A stretch of 64,000 bases of DNA from Eledone cirrhosa (GCA_964016885.1 OZ024740.1:36518001-36582000); one strand, 5' to 3'. Shown: positions 24,578 through 39,993, counted from the first letter of the stretch. A program made the numbers and translations. The notes: a model not told the origin generated them from the letters alone.

Positions 24578-25808
24578 ATGTACCAATGCGTGTGCAACGG
24601 TTTCCTCGTCGCACACGCATCTGGGACAGATCTTTTTCGAGGAGTACCTACCGAACAGGTTGGCCAGTTCGTCTTCCTCCCTGCCTAGGGCTTCTCCGAG
24701 GGCGTCGTCGCACCTGCTAACCACCAGCCCTCTATAGAATGACGAGATGGATTCTCGACTGACAGCAGGGCCCGCCTGCTAGAGAGCCGTGAGCGCCTGG
24801 GCACACTCGGTGTGCCAGGCGCCCAGTTTTCTCGGTCTTTGCTTGACCCAGGATTTCAGCTCGGTGAGTGAGACGAGTCTGGGAAAGGCTCGCCTCACAA
24901 ACGGGGCCCACACCAGTTGACCGGTGAGGAATACCTGGGGGTACCGTAGCCTTAATGCGTGTTTACGTATCATTAGCCACGGCTCCCCAGCCCTCCTTTC
25001 GAAGGGTGTTGACAGCAGATGGATCTCCTCACCATAGGAGCCCGCTTCTTCCAAAGGAATTGGAAGAGTGCGCGCTCTAATTTGGTGAGCGTTTCCCTTG
25101 GGCAAGGCACAACGGTCAGGCGGTAGTAGATGACGGACGCTATATAAGTGTTCGCCACCTCTGCCCGACCTTTCAGGGACAGTTTGCACTCGGCCCACTT
25201 CTGGGTCAGTGCAAACACCCTGTTCGTTACCTCACCCCAGTTCTTCTCCACCTGGAGGTCTGGTCCGAACCAGACCCCGAGCAACTTCACCGGGCCCTCC
25301 GTCCAGCGCCCGACGACGCAATCGGAGGGCATCGATCTTCCCCTCCACGTGCCGAGTTGCAGACCGATCGACTTGTCCCGGTTTAGCTTAGCCCCTGTAA
25401 ACCTTTCGTACTCCTCCAGTAAGGTGCCGATCGCCCCGATTTTCGAGGACGTCGACACCATTACTGTTACGTCGTCGGCGTAGGCCGACACCGCTTTCCG
25501 CAATCCCGGTTCCAACAGGATGCCCTGCGCATCTCCCACCAGGTTGCCCACGACAAGGGCCAACCTCTTTTCAAGCACCTTGGTCAAAATCTGTAACTCT
25601 GTATTTAGCAGAGTTATGGGCCTGAAATTATTTATATCGCCCCTTGTTCTCGTCCTTCCTAACTAGCGTGACTACGCCCTTGGTCACAGCACAGGGAATT
25701 CTCCCTTTCTGTTGCCAGTTGCAGTAGACCGCCTCGAGGAGATCGGGGAACAAGTCTGGCATAGCTAGACATAGTTCGTATGGAAGACCATCGAGACCCG
25801 GGGATTTG
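24578..25808 (-). mobile_element. Tx1 segment E: deleted ORF2 piece fused to D
   Basis: Runs PGLDGLPYE -> LVGDAQ|GILLEPG (deletion) -> YADD -> ETVAHALV, then joins D at ILAKV. Confidence 0.82.
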
Positions 25809-26940
25809 TCTCGATTTAAAATAATAAATCAATAAAAACAAACCCATATTGGCAATAGCCGTGATACCTGGACAAATTTAAATTTCAAAATACAAATCTG
25901 TTCCGCAGACAAATTTAAATTTCAAAACCCAAATATTTTAAATCGAGACAGGCAAACTGTATTAATCTAATTAGTATTTTTCAATCTAGCTAACTTGGTC
26001 GTTTACAATGCAAACGCTTATATGTTCATATTGGTTTTTATCATATATTAATTTATATTAACTTGTATTTCACGGCTCAGAAATGCTTCTTTCTTTGAGT
26101 AAAAGACTGTTTGAGTTTATAACTCTAAATATAATATTTAACGGCTCCTGTTGTTGAGCTAAATTTTAATCCCATATAGAAGGCTGTTATTTCTAGCAGC
26201 ATGAGTATGGGGCTAGCTAGGAGCTGGGAAACCACGTGCGCTAGCATTTGATTACCAGTTCTTCAAAAATATTTCGAGGTGAAACATGCTAATTTCTGGA
26301 TACCTGATGATGACCACAGGAATTGGAATTTTTCATTTTTTTAAATTATCGTTGCGAAACTTATTTGGGTTTTGAAATTTAAATTTGTCCAGGTATCACG
26401 GCTATTGCCAATATGGGTTTGTTTTTATTGATTTATAATTTTAAATCGAGACAGGCAAACTGTATTAATCTAATTAGTATTTTTCAATCTAGCTAACTTG
26501 GTAGTTTACAATGCAAACGCTTATATGTTCATATTGGTGTTTATCATATATTAATTTATATTAACTTGTATTTCACGGCTCAGAAATGCTTCTTTCTTTG
26601 AGCTAATTAATTGTAAAAGACTGTTTGAGTTTATAACTCTAAATATAATATATATATATATATATATATTTATCTTTAGTTGCATTATGCACTTCGGATT
26701 CAACACGTTTGGTGATATTTCAATTTGAGAATTCAATGTAGATCCTACCCCAGTTATATCGGTTTCAGAATATGTCACCATTATTTCCTTATGATTTTAA
26801 AAATAGATTTTAAAATTAGTGAGAATGTTAATGGAGATATGTATTGTTTAGTGTATGACATGACGGCATATTCTTCTTGTTTAAATGCTTTCTGAATTAC
26901 CATAGATTGGATAGTATAGGTATTTTCTTTGCATTTTAAA
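25807..26940. mobile_element. AT-rich repeat with inverted and direct duplications, probably Penelope-like; related to 39183-39800
   Basis: 25807-25890 is inverted at 26370-26452; 25936-26133 is repeated at 26438-26650; weak VGST GIY-YIG-like remnant on the minus strand at ~26740. Confidence 0.5.
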
Positions 26941-27740
26941 TATCAATATTTTTCAGATGTTTTCATATCAAGACAAACGAAGCTACGAGACAGTCTCGTT
27001 GACAATCTGCCGCCAGAAAAAGAAAGACGTTTCGAGTCAATTTTATTAGAGTACACTCGATAAGAAGATTAGATGGATCACTGTTTGAACAATAAAAAAC
27101 GTGATCACTCAGACTACTTGAAATAGCAGCTTATGTCTATCCAACCACACCGATTCGTCTTAAAATTGCAAGGACATATATTGGATACAATAATCATAGA
27201 TATATAAAATGCCACATACGTATACGGTCTTCATCAAGACGAAAATATGAAGTATTCAGAGTGCTGGTTATGTAGGTGATACCAAGATATTTGACACATA
27301 CACCATTGTCATATGGCTGTTAGATGAGGGCGAATCGATACTACAGAAAGCAAATTTAAAACAACTGCAATGAATTTATAATTTTACTCCACAGTATCTG
27401 GAGAGTAAACTAGAATAACTTACATATACGACGAAAGTATAAAACAATTTTACCGTTTGGCAGCGTTGGGAGAAGCTTACTGCATCTGAGGGTAAAATAA
27501 AGTAAAAAATAAAGCTATCTGCTGAATTGAAACTTTCTATTGAAATATTGCTATCTATTGAAATATAGCTATCTATTGAAATATTGCTATCTATTGAAAT
27601 ATAGCTATCTATTGAACTAAAAAGAAATAAAGATAAGAGGCAGCGTTATATGATTCGAGTGATGTATTTTCTGTTTTGTACAGATAAAACAGCTTTAGAA
27701 ATAAATAAAAAAATAAAGGGTAGAAGTGGGAAAGTTACGG

Positions 27741-27860
27741 CTTCTTCTTCTTCTTCTTCTTCTTCTTCTTCTTCTTCTTCTTCTTCTTCTTCTTCTTCTT
27801 CTTCTTCTTCTTCTTCTTCTTCTTCTTCTTCTTCTTCTTCTTCTTCTTCTTCTTCTTCTT
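27741..27860. repeat. (TTC)n microsatellite, about 40 units
   Basis: Directly visible. Confidence 0.97.
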
Positions 27861-28300
27861 TACCAACATATTATAAACAGGAGAGGTGACAGTACACACC
27901 CTTGGCGGAGTCCGACTCCCACATTGAATGGTTTCGATTTAGTACCATTTATCTGAACACAAATACCCGGGCATTCGTATAGAGACATCAGAACAAGAAG
28001 TTATCCATCGATACCATACTCCTGCAGAACCTTTGTAAACCTTTTCTGGGTTTACGAAGAAAGCATAGATCTCTTGGCAGGAATCCCATGATTTCTCAAA
28101 GACCTCCTACAGCGTGAATATTTGGTCAGTTGTGCTGCATCCAGGGCGAAAGCCACACTGTTCATCAGCTAGCTCGGACTCGACAATCTCCCTACATTTC
28201 TTTGCCAGACACATAGCATAGACTTTATCTGGAAGGCTTAACAAAGTGATCCTTCTATAATTGAAGCAATTTCTCCTGTCTCCCCTTTTGAAAGGGGCAG
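27861..28300 (-). mobile_element. RTE-clade RT fragment
   Basis: Minus strand reads KRGDRRNCFNYRRITLLSLPDKVY...EQCGFRPG...RQGCVLSPLLFII. Confidence 0.78.
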
Positions 28301-28309
28301 AGCTTTTCT

Positions 28310-30275
28310 AATAGAGAACGGGTCGCAGGGCGCAGATAGTGCTACGGCCACCAGACATAATGGCTAGTTGCGATATAAGCGGGCACCTGCCGGAGGAATA
28401 AGCAACCTCGGACCAACAGCGGTACACTACTTGGGTAGATGGAGCAATATGTGATACCTTTAGCTTCCAAGAAAACTCTCACAACCAAGTGATGTAGCTT
28501 CGATGCGGCAGGTAAAGGCTGCTTCTAAAAAGGCCTAGTCGTTGTGGGTCTCTGAAAAGTATCAAATTAGTGATTGTCGCGAATAAGACCACCAAAAATC
28601 CTTACAATATGACGAGACACAGCAAAGGCAGTCTTATCGTGTCTTCCTTTGCACGGGTTAACAAGGGACGCGTTCAGGCCTTAGGTGGGGGAATTTGCTC
28701 GAAAAATGTATTGCAGTTTCCATCTCATGCAATAAAAATTGGTGATGGGCTTACTACCTGTCCTGGGAGGCATGGAATTGATGCACAAAGATTCTGTATC
28801 CCGAGACCCCAAAGAGAGTTCGAAGGCGAACAAACTATAAAGATTCGAATCTGGAACATTGCAACCCTAAATAGTGGAGGAAGCTAGATGCTACTAGCTA
28901 GATCTAGTAGGGCTTTCCCCAACAATGTTTCGTGGCTCTGGTACTGTAGATTTGGATGGAGGATAGAAGCTCCACTATTCAGGTGTGGCACCAAAAATGT
29001 CTACACAGGCTAGTGAGGGGATACTCACAAGCCCCTGACTGTCAGAATGCATTATGGACTGGATCTTATGAGGAGGGAGGATTTGCACCTTGAAGATTAG
29101 GCTGACAAAAGGTCTCTGTGGACAGTGCAAGTTTATGCACCAAACAAAGAATCTGAATACGCATCTTCCTTTGATGAAGTTACTGCAGCCTTAGATGTAA
29201 TTAAGACTGAGCCATGTATCGGAATGGAAGACTTCAATGCACATGTTAGTACTGACCACCAGAAATGGAAAAGAGTGATTGGAAAGAACGGCGTTCCCAA
29301 TCTAAATATGAACGGAGAGGTCTTATTAGACTTTTGTTCTAGCAATGGGCTCTCTATAATGAACACCTTCCAGCACAAAGACATCCAGAAATATACATGG
29401 TATAAGGGGAATCAGAGACAGAGATAAATAATTGATTTTGTTATTGCCTCTGATCTCTTCGTTTCTGTGTTTTATGTTCGTGTTAAGAGAGTGGTTGAGC
29501 TGTCAACTAATCATCATCTAGTTATATATAGCTTGAGACTGCCTACAGCCAAGGAAGGCCACAAAACTTGGCGGATAAGGAAGTCAAGACCAGGTAAGCG
29601 GATACTATTGCCTCGAATTTCAGAGAACTCCCTGAGCAAACTGAGGACGTTGAAACGGAGTGAAGACTGTTTAAATCAACAGTTCCTGCTTCAGTTTTTA
29701 AAGGCTGCAGGGAAAAGTGGGTTGGTGTGGCGCCGAGTGGAAATAGGTCCTCTTGGTTCAACCAACAGATCAAAAATGCCACGTGAGTTAAGAAAGAGGC
29801 CTACAAAGCTTGGATTGGAAATAAGACATCTTTCTTGCACTTACGGTACAAACAGGCACAATAAGTCGCAGCAGAGGCAGTAAAGGACTTTGGGCTTAAG
29901 CTGAAATCCAACTTTAGGTCAACAAATTAAGTGTTCTGGCAGACCATCCGCTGACTTCGTAATAAGAAGTCCTTCTTCACACCTGCAATGAGGAACGCGC
30001 CTGGGCTTCACTTCTCTCTAGAAAGGTGCATCCTCGCGAGTGGGAGAGAATACTTTGCTGATCTTCTAAATCCGATCACAACGGCATCTTGGGAATGATG
30101 ACTAAGCTTTCGGAGGCTGTGGTTACAAGAACAAAGAGTTTAAATATGGCAAGGCCGCTAGGAAGGTTGAAATTCAACTCGAGATGTTAAAAGATTTGAA
30201 TAGAAAAGGTATTCTCTTGCTGACTTGTGTGCCGAGTGGCCTGGATCTCTGGAAAAACACCTAAGCAATAACAAT
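28310..30275 (+). mobile_element. Decayed RTE-clade LINE 5' half (5' UTR, APE, linker)
   Basis: IRIWNIATLN, QVYAPN, DFNAHV, NGEVLLDFC, LSTNHHLV; stops at GKTPKQ. Confidence 0.8.
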
Positions 30276-31461
30276 CAATGTTTACATTCTTATACTGTTC
30301 CATTGATGTAGTTGATATTGACCTTTCTGAAATTATAGGAATTTCAAAGATGATTGACTTTAATTAAAAGTCTAATAACATCAAGGCATCATTTATATCC
30401 ATGGCAACCTAATAAAACTAAATTTATCTTCATCTTTTGGTATTCTTAAAGCAGTCACTTCCAGGCTTGGATCGTACGAACCAATGTAATAAAAATAGCT
30501 ATATATTTCTCTAATTACGTGGATGTTAGTAGCTCTATTTACCTGTGATTCTACACAGTGCGATTACGATTTACACCCACCTGGACATTTTTCTCCGTCT
30601 ATCTCTTTCACTAGCACATTCTTTTCATCAGGACTCATGATAATGTATTATCACCTGTGTTATTGTGTCTAACACTGAAATGTTTGCATTTACATTATTT
30701 AGTTTAATTAAATAAGTATAGCCGTATACTGATTCAGTAAGTATTAAGAATCCAATTAAAAATAGTTATGGAGTGAAAAAACGGCAATATTAGTCAATGG
30801 TTAATACTATTTTAATTATTCTAGCAAGTACGGAAAAACTCTTGACAAGTTTCGGTCTTATTAGATCTCTTCAACGTACTTACCAATCTAGTGATGAGAG
30901 ATTCACTAATTTACACACAAAAACGCGTTTAAATTAGCATAGTCAGCAAGAAATGGCTGAGTGATCTAGCTATAACATTAAAGCTAGTGCCACATTCTCA
31001 AGATGACTATCACCTCATCCACAAACACTGATAAAGAAGAACATTTTAGGGACCGAGAAAAGTCAATAGATGGATATTATTGATTAAAGAGGCCCATATA
31101 AGACCGACTTACACTGATATTTGACATTCGTTAAACATTCTTTTTCTTTTACTGTTTGTAGTCATTAAACTGAGGCCACACTGGAACATTACCTTACAAA
31201 TATTTGATCGATCTTATTGACAGCAGAACTTATTTTTTCAAAGGTGGTACTTATTTAATTGGTCACTTTTTGTTGTACCGTCAAGTTACGGAGCATACTC
31301 ACACACTCAGACACACACACACACACACACACATACACACACACATATATATATACAGACACGCACACACACACACACACACTTATATATATATATACAT
31401 ATATATATATACATACACACACATATATATATACATAAACATAAACACACGCATAAACACG

Positions 31462-31493
<32 letters not shown>

Positions 31494-32114
31494 TATATAT
31501 ATATACATACACACACATATATATATACATAAACATAAATACACGTATAAACACGCACACACACACACACATATATATATATAATTGTAGGAATCACGGG
31601 GGTAGCTGTAAACGGCTGATTGTTATGTGCATAGCGAATACTGGGGTTAAAATATAACCCCATATTGAGCGGAAGAACGGAGAGGGAAGAGAATGGAAGA
31701 AAGAGAATCTAAAGAATGAGATGTGAAATGAGAGTGCTATAGAGCGAGGGGGATATATAGAAAAGGCTTCTACAGAACTAGAACTGTGTCGTTCGTTTGA
31801 AATCATCAGGAATGCTGATTGAAATAGTAAGTAAGTATTGTATTTATAAGTTTCATAGTGGTAGGGATTGGTAGTGGTAGTGGTGGTGGTTGTGGGGGTG
31901 TATTTTAGGGTCAAGTGTAGAGTAATGGAGTAAAGGGAGTTGGGGAGATGGTAGGAAAATTCTTTAAGTAGAGAGGAATATTAAAGCATATATGTAGAAA
32001 AATACAAACATACTTATGTGTGTATGTATGTAAACACATACACACGCACACATACTTATACACACACGTACATATCTTTCTATATCTCTCTCACTATATA
32101 TATATATATATATA

Positions 32115-32525
32115 ATAATAATGGTTTCTTATTTAGGCACAAGGCCAGCAATTTGGTGGGGGGAGTCGATTAAATCGACCCCAGTGCATTACTGGTACTT
32201 TATTTTATCGACCCCATAAGGATGAAAGGCAAAGTTATCCTCAGCGGGATTTGAACTCAGATCATAAAGGGACATAACTCTATGCTGCTTAGCATCGCGT
32301 CCGACCCTCTACTGATACTGCCAATCCACTGTCAATAATAATTGTTTCTACTTTAGGCACAAGGCCAGCAATAACCCAGTGCATTACTGGTACTTTATTT
32401 TATTGACTACGTAAGGATGAAAGGCAAAGTCAACCTCGGCGGGATTTGAACTCAGATCGTAAAGGGACGTAACTATGCTGGAAAGCATGGCGTCCGACCC
32501 TCTACCGATACTACCAATCCACTAA
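32115..32525 (-). mobile_element. Two tandem tRNA-derived SINE copies
   Basis: Two similar ~200-bp units with a B-box-like GAGTTCAAATCCC and shared body, ending in (TTA)n on the minus strand. Confidence 0.8.
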
Positions 32526-32786
32526 TGATGACAGACACGCCGTCGGTTACGACGACAAGTGTTCCAGTTGATCAGATCAACGGAACAGCTTGCTTGTGAA
32601 ATTAACGTGCAAGTGGTTGGGCATTCCACAGATTACAGGTCCAATTCATTTTTGTCAGCAACGTAACAGGAGCAACGTGAAATAAAGTGTCTTACTCAAG
32701 GACACAACGCGGCGCCGCAGAAATCGACCTCACGACCTTGCTATTGTGAGCCGAATACTCTAATCATAAAGCCACATGCCTTCACA
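32526..32786 (-). mobile_element. tRNA-derived SINE, second family
   Basis: Minus-strand head GAAGGCATGTGGCTT...; body CCTTGAGTAAGACACTTTATTTCACGTTGCTCC shared with 50700-50838 and 53948-54105. Confidence 0.75.
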
Positions 32787-32928
32787 ATATATATACATAT
32801 ATGCACGTTTAATGATAATATCAAGTCTCTGTATATGTAATATAGTTAGGATACATAGTAGAGATAATAGTAAGTCGGATTATAACTAACACTTCTAGAA
32901 ATTCTAAAGTGAGGGAACCATCAAAATC

Positions 32929-33076
32929 CTCACCACCATAGGCGCTTAGCTGGCCAGCCGCGAATGTGAGCCTCGCGAGCTGGAATGGTTTTTCCAGCGC
33001 GTCTCCCTTGCCGTCCTTCGGGGAAACGCCTTCTCCATTCTGTCGGCCGGGGCTGTGGGGAGGCCACCAATATGAT
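32929..33076 (+). mobile_element. 3' fragment of a CRE-like RLE retrotransposon
   Basis: Reverse-complement match to 51215-51350; encodes EPRELEWFFQRVSLAVLRGNAFSIL. Confidence 0.8.
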
Positions 33077-33588
33077 TGACTGACTTGTCATTTTATCAGT
33101 AAATATACTGTGATATACGGTGTGTCTTGGGTATGTAAAACTTAACAGAGCCCATTAATGTAAGGAGAAATCTCTTTAAATGTATGGATTCACTAGCTGT
33201 TTCTTTCATAGATTAGGAGTTTAACCCTTATATTGTATGATTTCCATTTTCGGCTGTTTTTTTCTTATATTTTTTTCATGTAATGAAAAATATATGACCA
33301 ACCCTACATATAAAGTAAAAAAATAAAAAATTAATATTAGATATAAATAAGAATAATCGCAGTGATATTGGTTCTTTAAATATTTTATAAAGTTTCTGAT
33401 ATCTCAATAATAAGTGTAATTAATGTTTAATATACAACTCTTTCAAGTTACATTCAGATTATATAACGGAACTTCAGCAAGGTTGTTCGTCATGATTTAA
33501 TTTTCTTTTATATTATCTTTGCTCATTCTTGTAGAAACATATGTTAGAAAAATAAAATGCAATTTTTTTCATCTGGATATTCATGCAT

Positions 33589-33660
<72 letters not shown>

Positions 33661-33680
33661 TCTCTCTCCATCTCTCTCTG

Positions 33681-33711
<31 letters not shown>

Positions 33712-33968
33712 CATACACACACGCGCACATAGCAAACAAACAAAAACTTACATGGAAGAAATATATTAGTTTAACGCTTGAAATAGATGGGAGAGAGTTT
33801 TAACGTTTCGGATACTAGTCGTTTATCAGAAGATAAAGTTAGAACTAGAAGATAAATAAAAAATAAAGAGTGATAAGAAGAAGGAATGGGGGAAATGATG
33901 AAAAAAGGGAGAGAAGAAAACACACGTGCGTATTCAGTCAGCCACCTTGGAGAGTGGCTGGTCAAGGG

Positions 33969-34013
<45 letters not shown>

Positions 34014-34386
34014 CCACAGACCCTCCATCTCAACTCACCTTTTGAAAAGCAGAAGAACTGCGAAATCGGTAAAGGAACCAAATAAATATATATATTTAAA
34101 AACAAAATAAGACTCCAGTTGCATTTTCGATTTCATCTCTTTTTCTTTATACTTTCACTCGTGTAGGACACCTCGGTTATTTTTCATTTTGTAAAAAAAA
34201 CCTCACTTTCTAATATATATATATATATATAACCCTTGACCAGCCAGTCTCCAAGGTGGCTGACTGAATACGCACGTGTGTTTTCTTCTCTCCCCTTTTT
34301 CCTCATTTCCCCCATTCCTTCAGTCGTCCTCTCTGTCTCTGTTTTTCGGACCCATGGATCTTATATATTCCTTTGTTATATTTCGA

Positions 34387-34444
34387 ATACCTGATGATAT
34401 CACCGGATTCATACGGAACCCGGTCATTGAAATGATCATAGTAT
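34387..34444 (+). ncRNA. Minimal type-I hammerhead ribozyme in a Penelope-like terminal repeat
   Basis: ATAC-CTGATGA-stem II (ACCGG/CCGGT)-GAAA-TGATCA (palindrome)-TA-GTAT, then AATAAA. Confidence 0.7.
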
Positions 34445-34679
34445 AATAAACTTTTCAAGGATTTACACCGGTCCAGCCTCCTGTTATTATATTTATAATA
34501 ATTAACTCCGTATTAGCACCACCAACTACACAAACGAAGACGGGCGAACTGCACTACGTTGAGTACTCTCCATAATATTACATCAAGATTGACCATACGG
34601 AATGACCAACAAACCTAAATATATATATATAGATTACTTCTCTAGAAACCACCCCAAGACTACCTAGGAGAAATAGGCA

Positions 34680-35345
34680 GACAGATTAGTTGGTAACCCC
34701 CCCCCCCCTTCAATAGAGAGGTTACTACACCTATAGCTAGGACTTACTTCAAATTGCTGAATATACACTTCCCCACACAGCATAGGTACTACACTATCTT
34801 TAATAAGAATACAGTAAGACTCCCCTACTCCACTACACCTAACCTAGCTAGAAATATAGCCAATCTCAACACTACAAAATTAAATAAGCCTACTACCTCC
34901 GAAACCAATCCCCGGACGAGAGCTTTGTGCAACTGCCAAAATAAGGAAGCCTGCCCACCCGAAAACAAATTCCTGACAAATGACATCGTATATAAATATG
35001 ATTTCATCTCAGGCACTGATGACAACAACAAAAAGACTTATATCGGTATGACTTCCAACAATTTTAGGACCCGGTGATATGCCCATACCCACTCTTTCAG
35101 AAGACCGGAAAAATCCAAACAGTCAACACTCGCCTCCTATGTCTGGGACCTCAAGAGAAATTCCACCCCTTTCACGCTCAAATGGAAAATACTCCAGAAC
35201 GCCCGCTCATACAAGGGAGGAGACAAGTGCTGTGACCTTTGTATTTCAGACAGTTACGAAATACTATTTATCAAGGGCCCGGTACTGAACAACCCCTCTG
35301 AACACTGCCCGAATAGCATGCACAAAAGCTTTGCAACTTTCAAAT
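34680..35345 (+). mobile_element. Penelope-like element: RT C-terminus and GIY-YIG remnant
   Basis: IFNKNTVRLPYS, CNCQNKEACP, IVYK...TYIGMTSNNFRTR. Confidence 0.8.
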
Positions 35346-35592
35346 ATCTTAAGCTAGTGTTGATGCCAGATGGGTAAAACAAAAAAAAACCCACTCGACA
35401 AAATATCCCCTCCACCTCCATCTCACCCTACCCCTACCCCATCTCGACGCGCTTCACGGCACTGTGATTATGTAAGTACTTCTTACCTATCTGTTTTTTC
35501 CACATGTATGACGTACTTCAATATATGTATGTATATATATATGTGTATGTGTAAGTGTATGTATATATATATATATATGTATATGTATATAT

Positions 35593-35746
<154 letters not shown>

Positions 35747-35750
35747 ATAT

Positions 35751-37810
<2,060 letters not shown>

Positions 37811-37867
37811 TCTGTTTCGACACATGATTTCATATTAAAAAAAACTCGCAAAACTAATTCATCGCCG

Positions 37868-37942
<75 letters not shown>

Positions 37943-38445
37943 TAAACGGAATAGAAAATGCTGACAAATTGTTCACAGTTGAAAAATGGTTTAATTAGGA
38001 ATAAAAGAGTATTAGTGATTGTATGGGTTAGTATTCAGATGTGGTTTTAAGTTTTTAAGTTTTTACCGGTTGCGCAATTCTAAATGCTTTTCAAAAATAA
38101 TTTTGAGATAGAGTGTCCGTGCTGTTTGCTCTGATCTGATTAGTTTTGGGAATTCTACCTGTTTTTATGTTAAAAAAGTGGCTCCAGCGTTATTTTTGTG
38201 TTGCAAAAATTCTTGTGGTCAAAACAATTTTGATTGGTCGGTAGAGGTCATGTGAATGTAAAAAGTTGATTTTGCGCCAAGACTGTTTTTATGTTAAAAA
38301 AGTGGCTCCAGCAAAAATTCTTGGTCAAAACAATTTTGATTGGTCGGTAGAGGTCATGTGAATAAAAAATTGGTTTTGCGCCAAGATTGAGAAATGACTC
38401 TTTCACAACAAATATGTGTGTGTGTGTGTATGTGTGTGTGTGTGT

Positions 38446-38532
<87 letters not shown>

Positions 38533-38636
38533 TAGTAGTAGTAGTAAGGTGTTCGATGCTGCGACAATGGCCAGCAGCGATGTGTGTCAAATGGCTATTA
38601 AGATAAGTGTGTGTGTGTGTGTATAAATATATATAT

Positions 38637-38669
<33 letters not shown>

Positions 38670-38670
38670 A

Positions 38671-38773
<103 letters not shown>

Positions 38774-38989
38774 AATATATAAATATATATATAAATATAT
38801 ATCTTAAGGTTTGTTGGTTCACCACTGGACAGAACTGGTCATTCCGTATGGTCAATCCTGGTGTAATATTGTGAAGAGTACTCAACGCAGTGCAGTTCAC
38901 CCATATTCGTTTGTGTAGTTGGTGGTGCGAATACGGAGTTAATTATAAATGAAATAACAGGACTGGTGTAAATCCTTGAAAGGTTTATT

Positions 38990-39047
38990 ATACTATGATC
39001 ATTTCAATGACCGGGTTCCATATGAATCCGGTGATATCATCAGGTAT
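38990..39047 (-). ncRNA. Minimal hammerhead ribozyme, second copy of the 34387 motif
   Basis: 38935-39130 is the reverse complement of 34320-34510; core conserved. Confidence 0.7.
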
Positions 39048-39993
39048 TGGAATATAACAAAGGAATATGTAAAAAGCCATGGGTCCGAAAAACCATGGGT
39101 CCGGGAAACCAGAGACAGAGAGGGCGGCTGACCAACTAGCTTCACAGCCAGCCGCCCTCAAAGGGCGGCTGGCTGTGAAGCCTAATCAATAAAAATAACA
39201 AACCTATATTGGGCAACCACCGTTTGATACCCGGACAGATCTAAATCTGTTTCGCAACAATTATTAAGTGAAAGCCACCATTCCTGTGCTCTTCTGCGGG
39301 TATCCAGGAAATTCGTACCTTTCACTTCAAAAGACCCAAGAAGACTGAACTTGGTCATTTGCAATTGGAACACATGTATACTTGTATCGGTGTTCATCCC
39401 TCTCATACATTCAATTGTATTACACGGCTCGGAAAGATTCCTTTCCTTGAGCTATTTAATTGTAAAAGACTATTTTGAGTTTCTAGCTCAATATATGATA
39501 TTCTCAGCTCCGTACGTAGAGCTAACTTTAGTCCCATAAAACCGGCTGCTATTTTTAGCGGCACGAGTATGAGACGTGCTAGGCGCTGTAACATGTGCGT
39601 TTATACCAAAACCTAGTTCAGTCTTCTTAGATCTTTTGAAGTGAAAGATAATAATTTCCTGGATAACCGCATTAATAATTGTTGCGTAACAGATTTAGAT
39701 CTGTCCGGATATCAAACGGCGGTTGCCCAATATAGGTTTGTTATTTTTATTGATTTATTACTTTAAATCGAGACAGGCAAACCATATTGTTTTAAATTAG
39801 TATTTTTTCAACCTTTGATGCTTTGTATTGAGTACCTTACTTACTGAGGTTACCCCCGATTGAACCCGGGATAAACTTATATATATAGAGAGAGGTAGAA
39901 CACTGGAAGGTAATATCACTGGAAGGTAGTAGAGCACTCAGTCCATGGGATGAGTTTGGTAGAAGTAGTAACACAACAGTTAGTTCACCATAC

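Noticed and set aside
5470-25808. Telomeric retrotransposon array like HeT-A/TART
   Set aside because: No (TTAGGG)n and ordinary repeat DNA lies on both sides; nothing indicates a chromosome end
26300-26330. CTGATGA as a hammerhead core
   Set aside because: No stem II-GAAA follows, and the homologous position near 39290 lacks the motif
30838-30880. Further hammerhead-like remnants here and at ~33797-33830, ~44290-44335 and ~50170-50203
   Set aside because: Stem I or stem II missing, or only half the core present
32940-33070. GC-rich structured ncRNA with a UUCG loop
   Set aside because: Explained as a coding fragment of the CRE-like element
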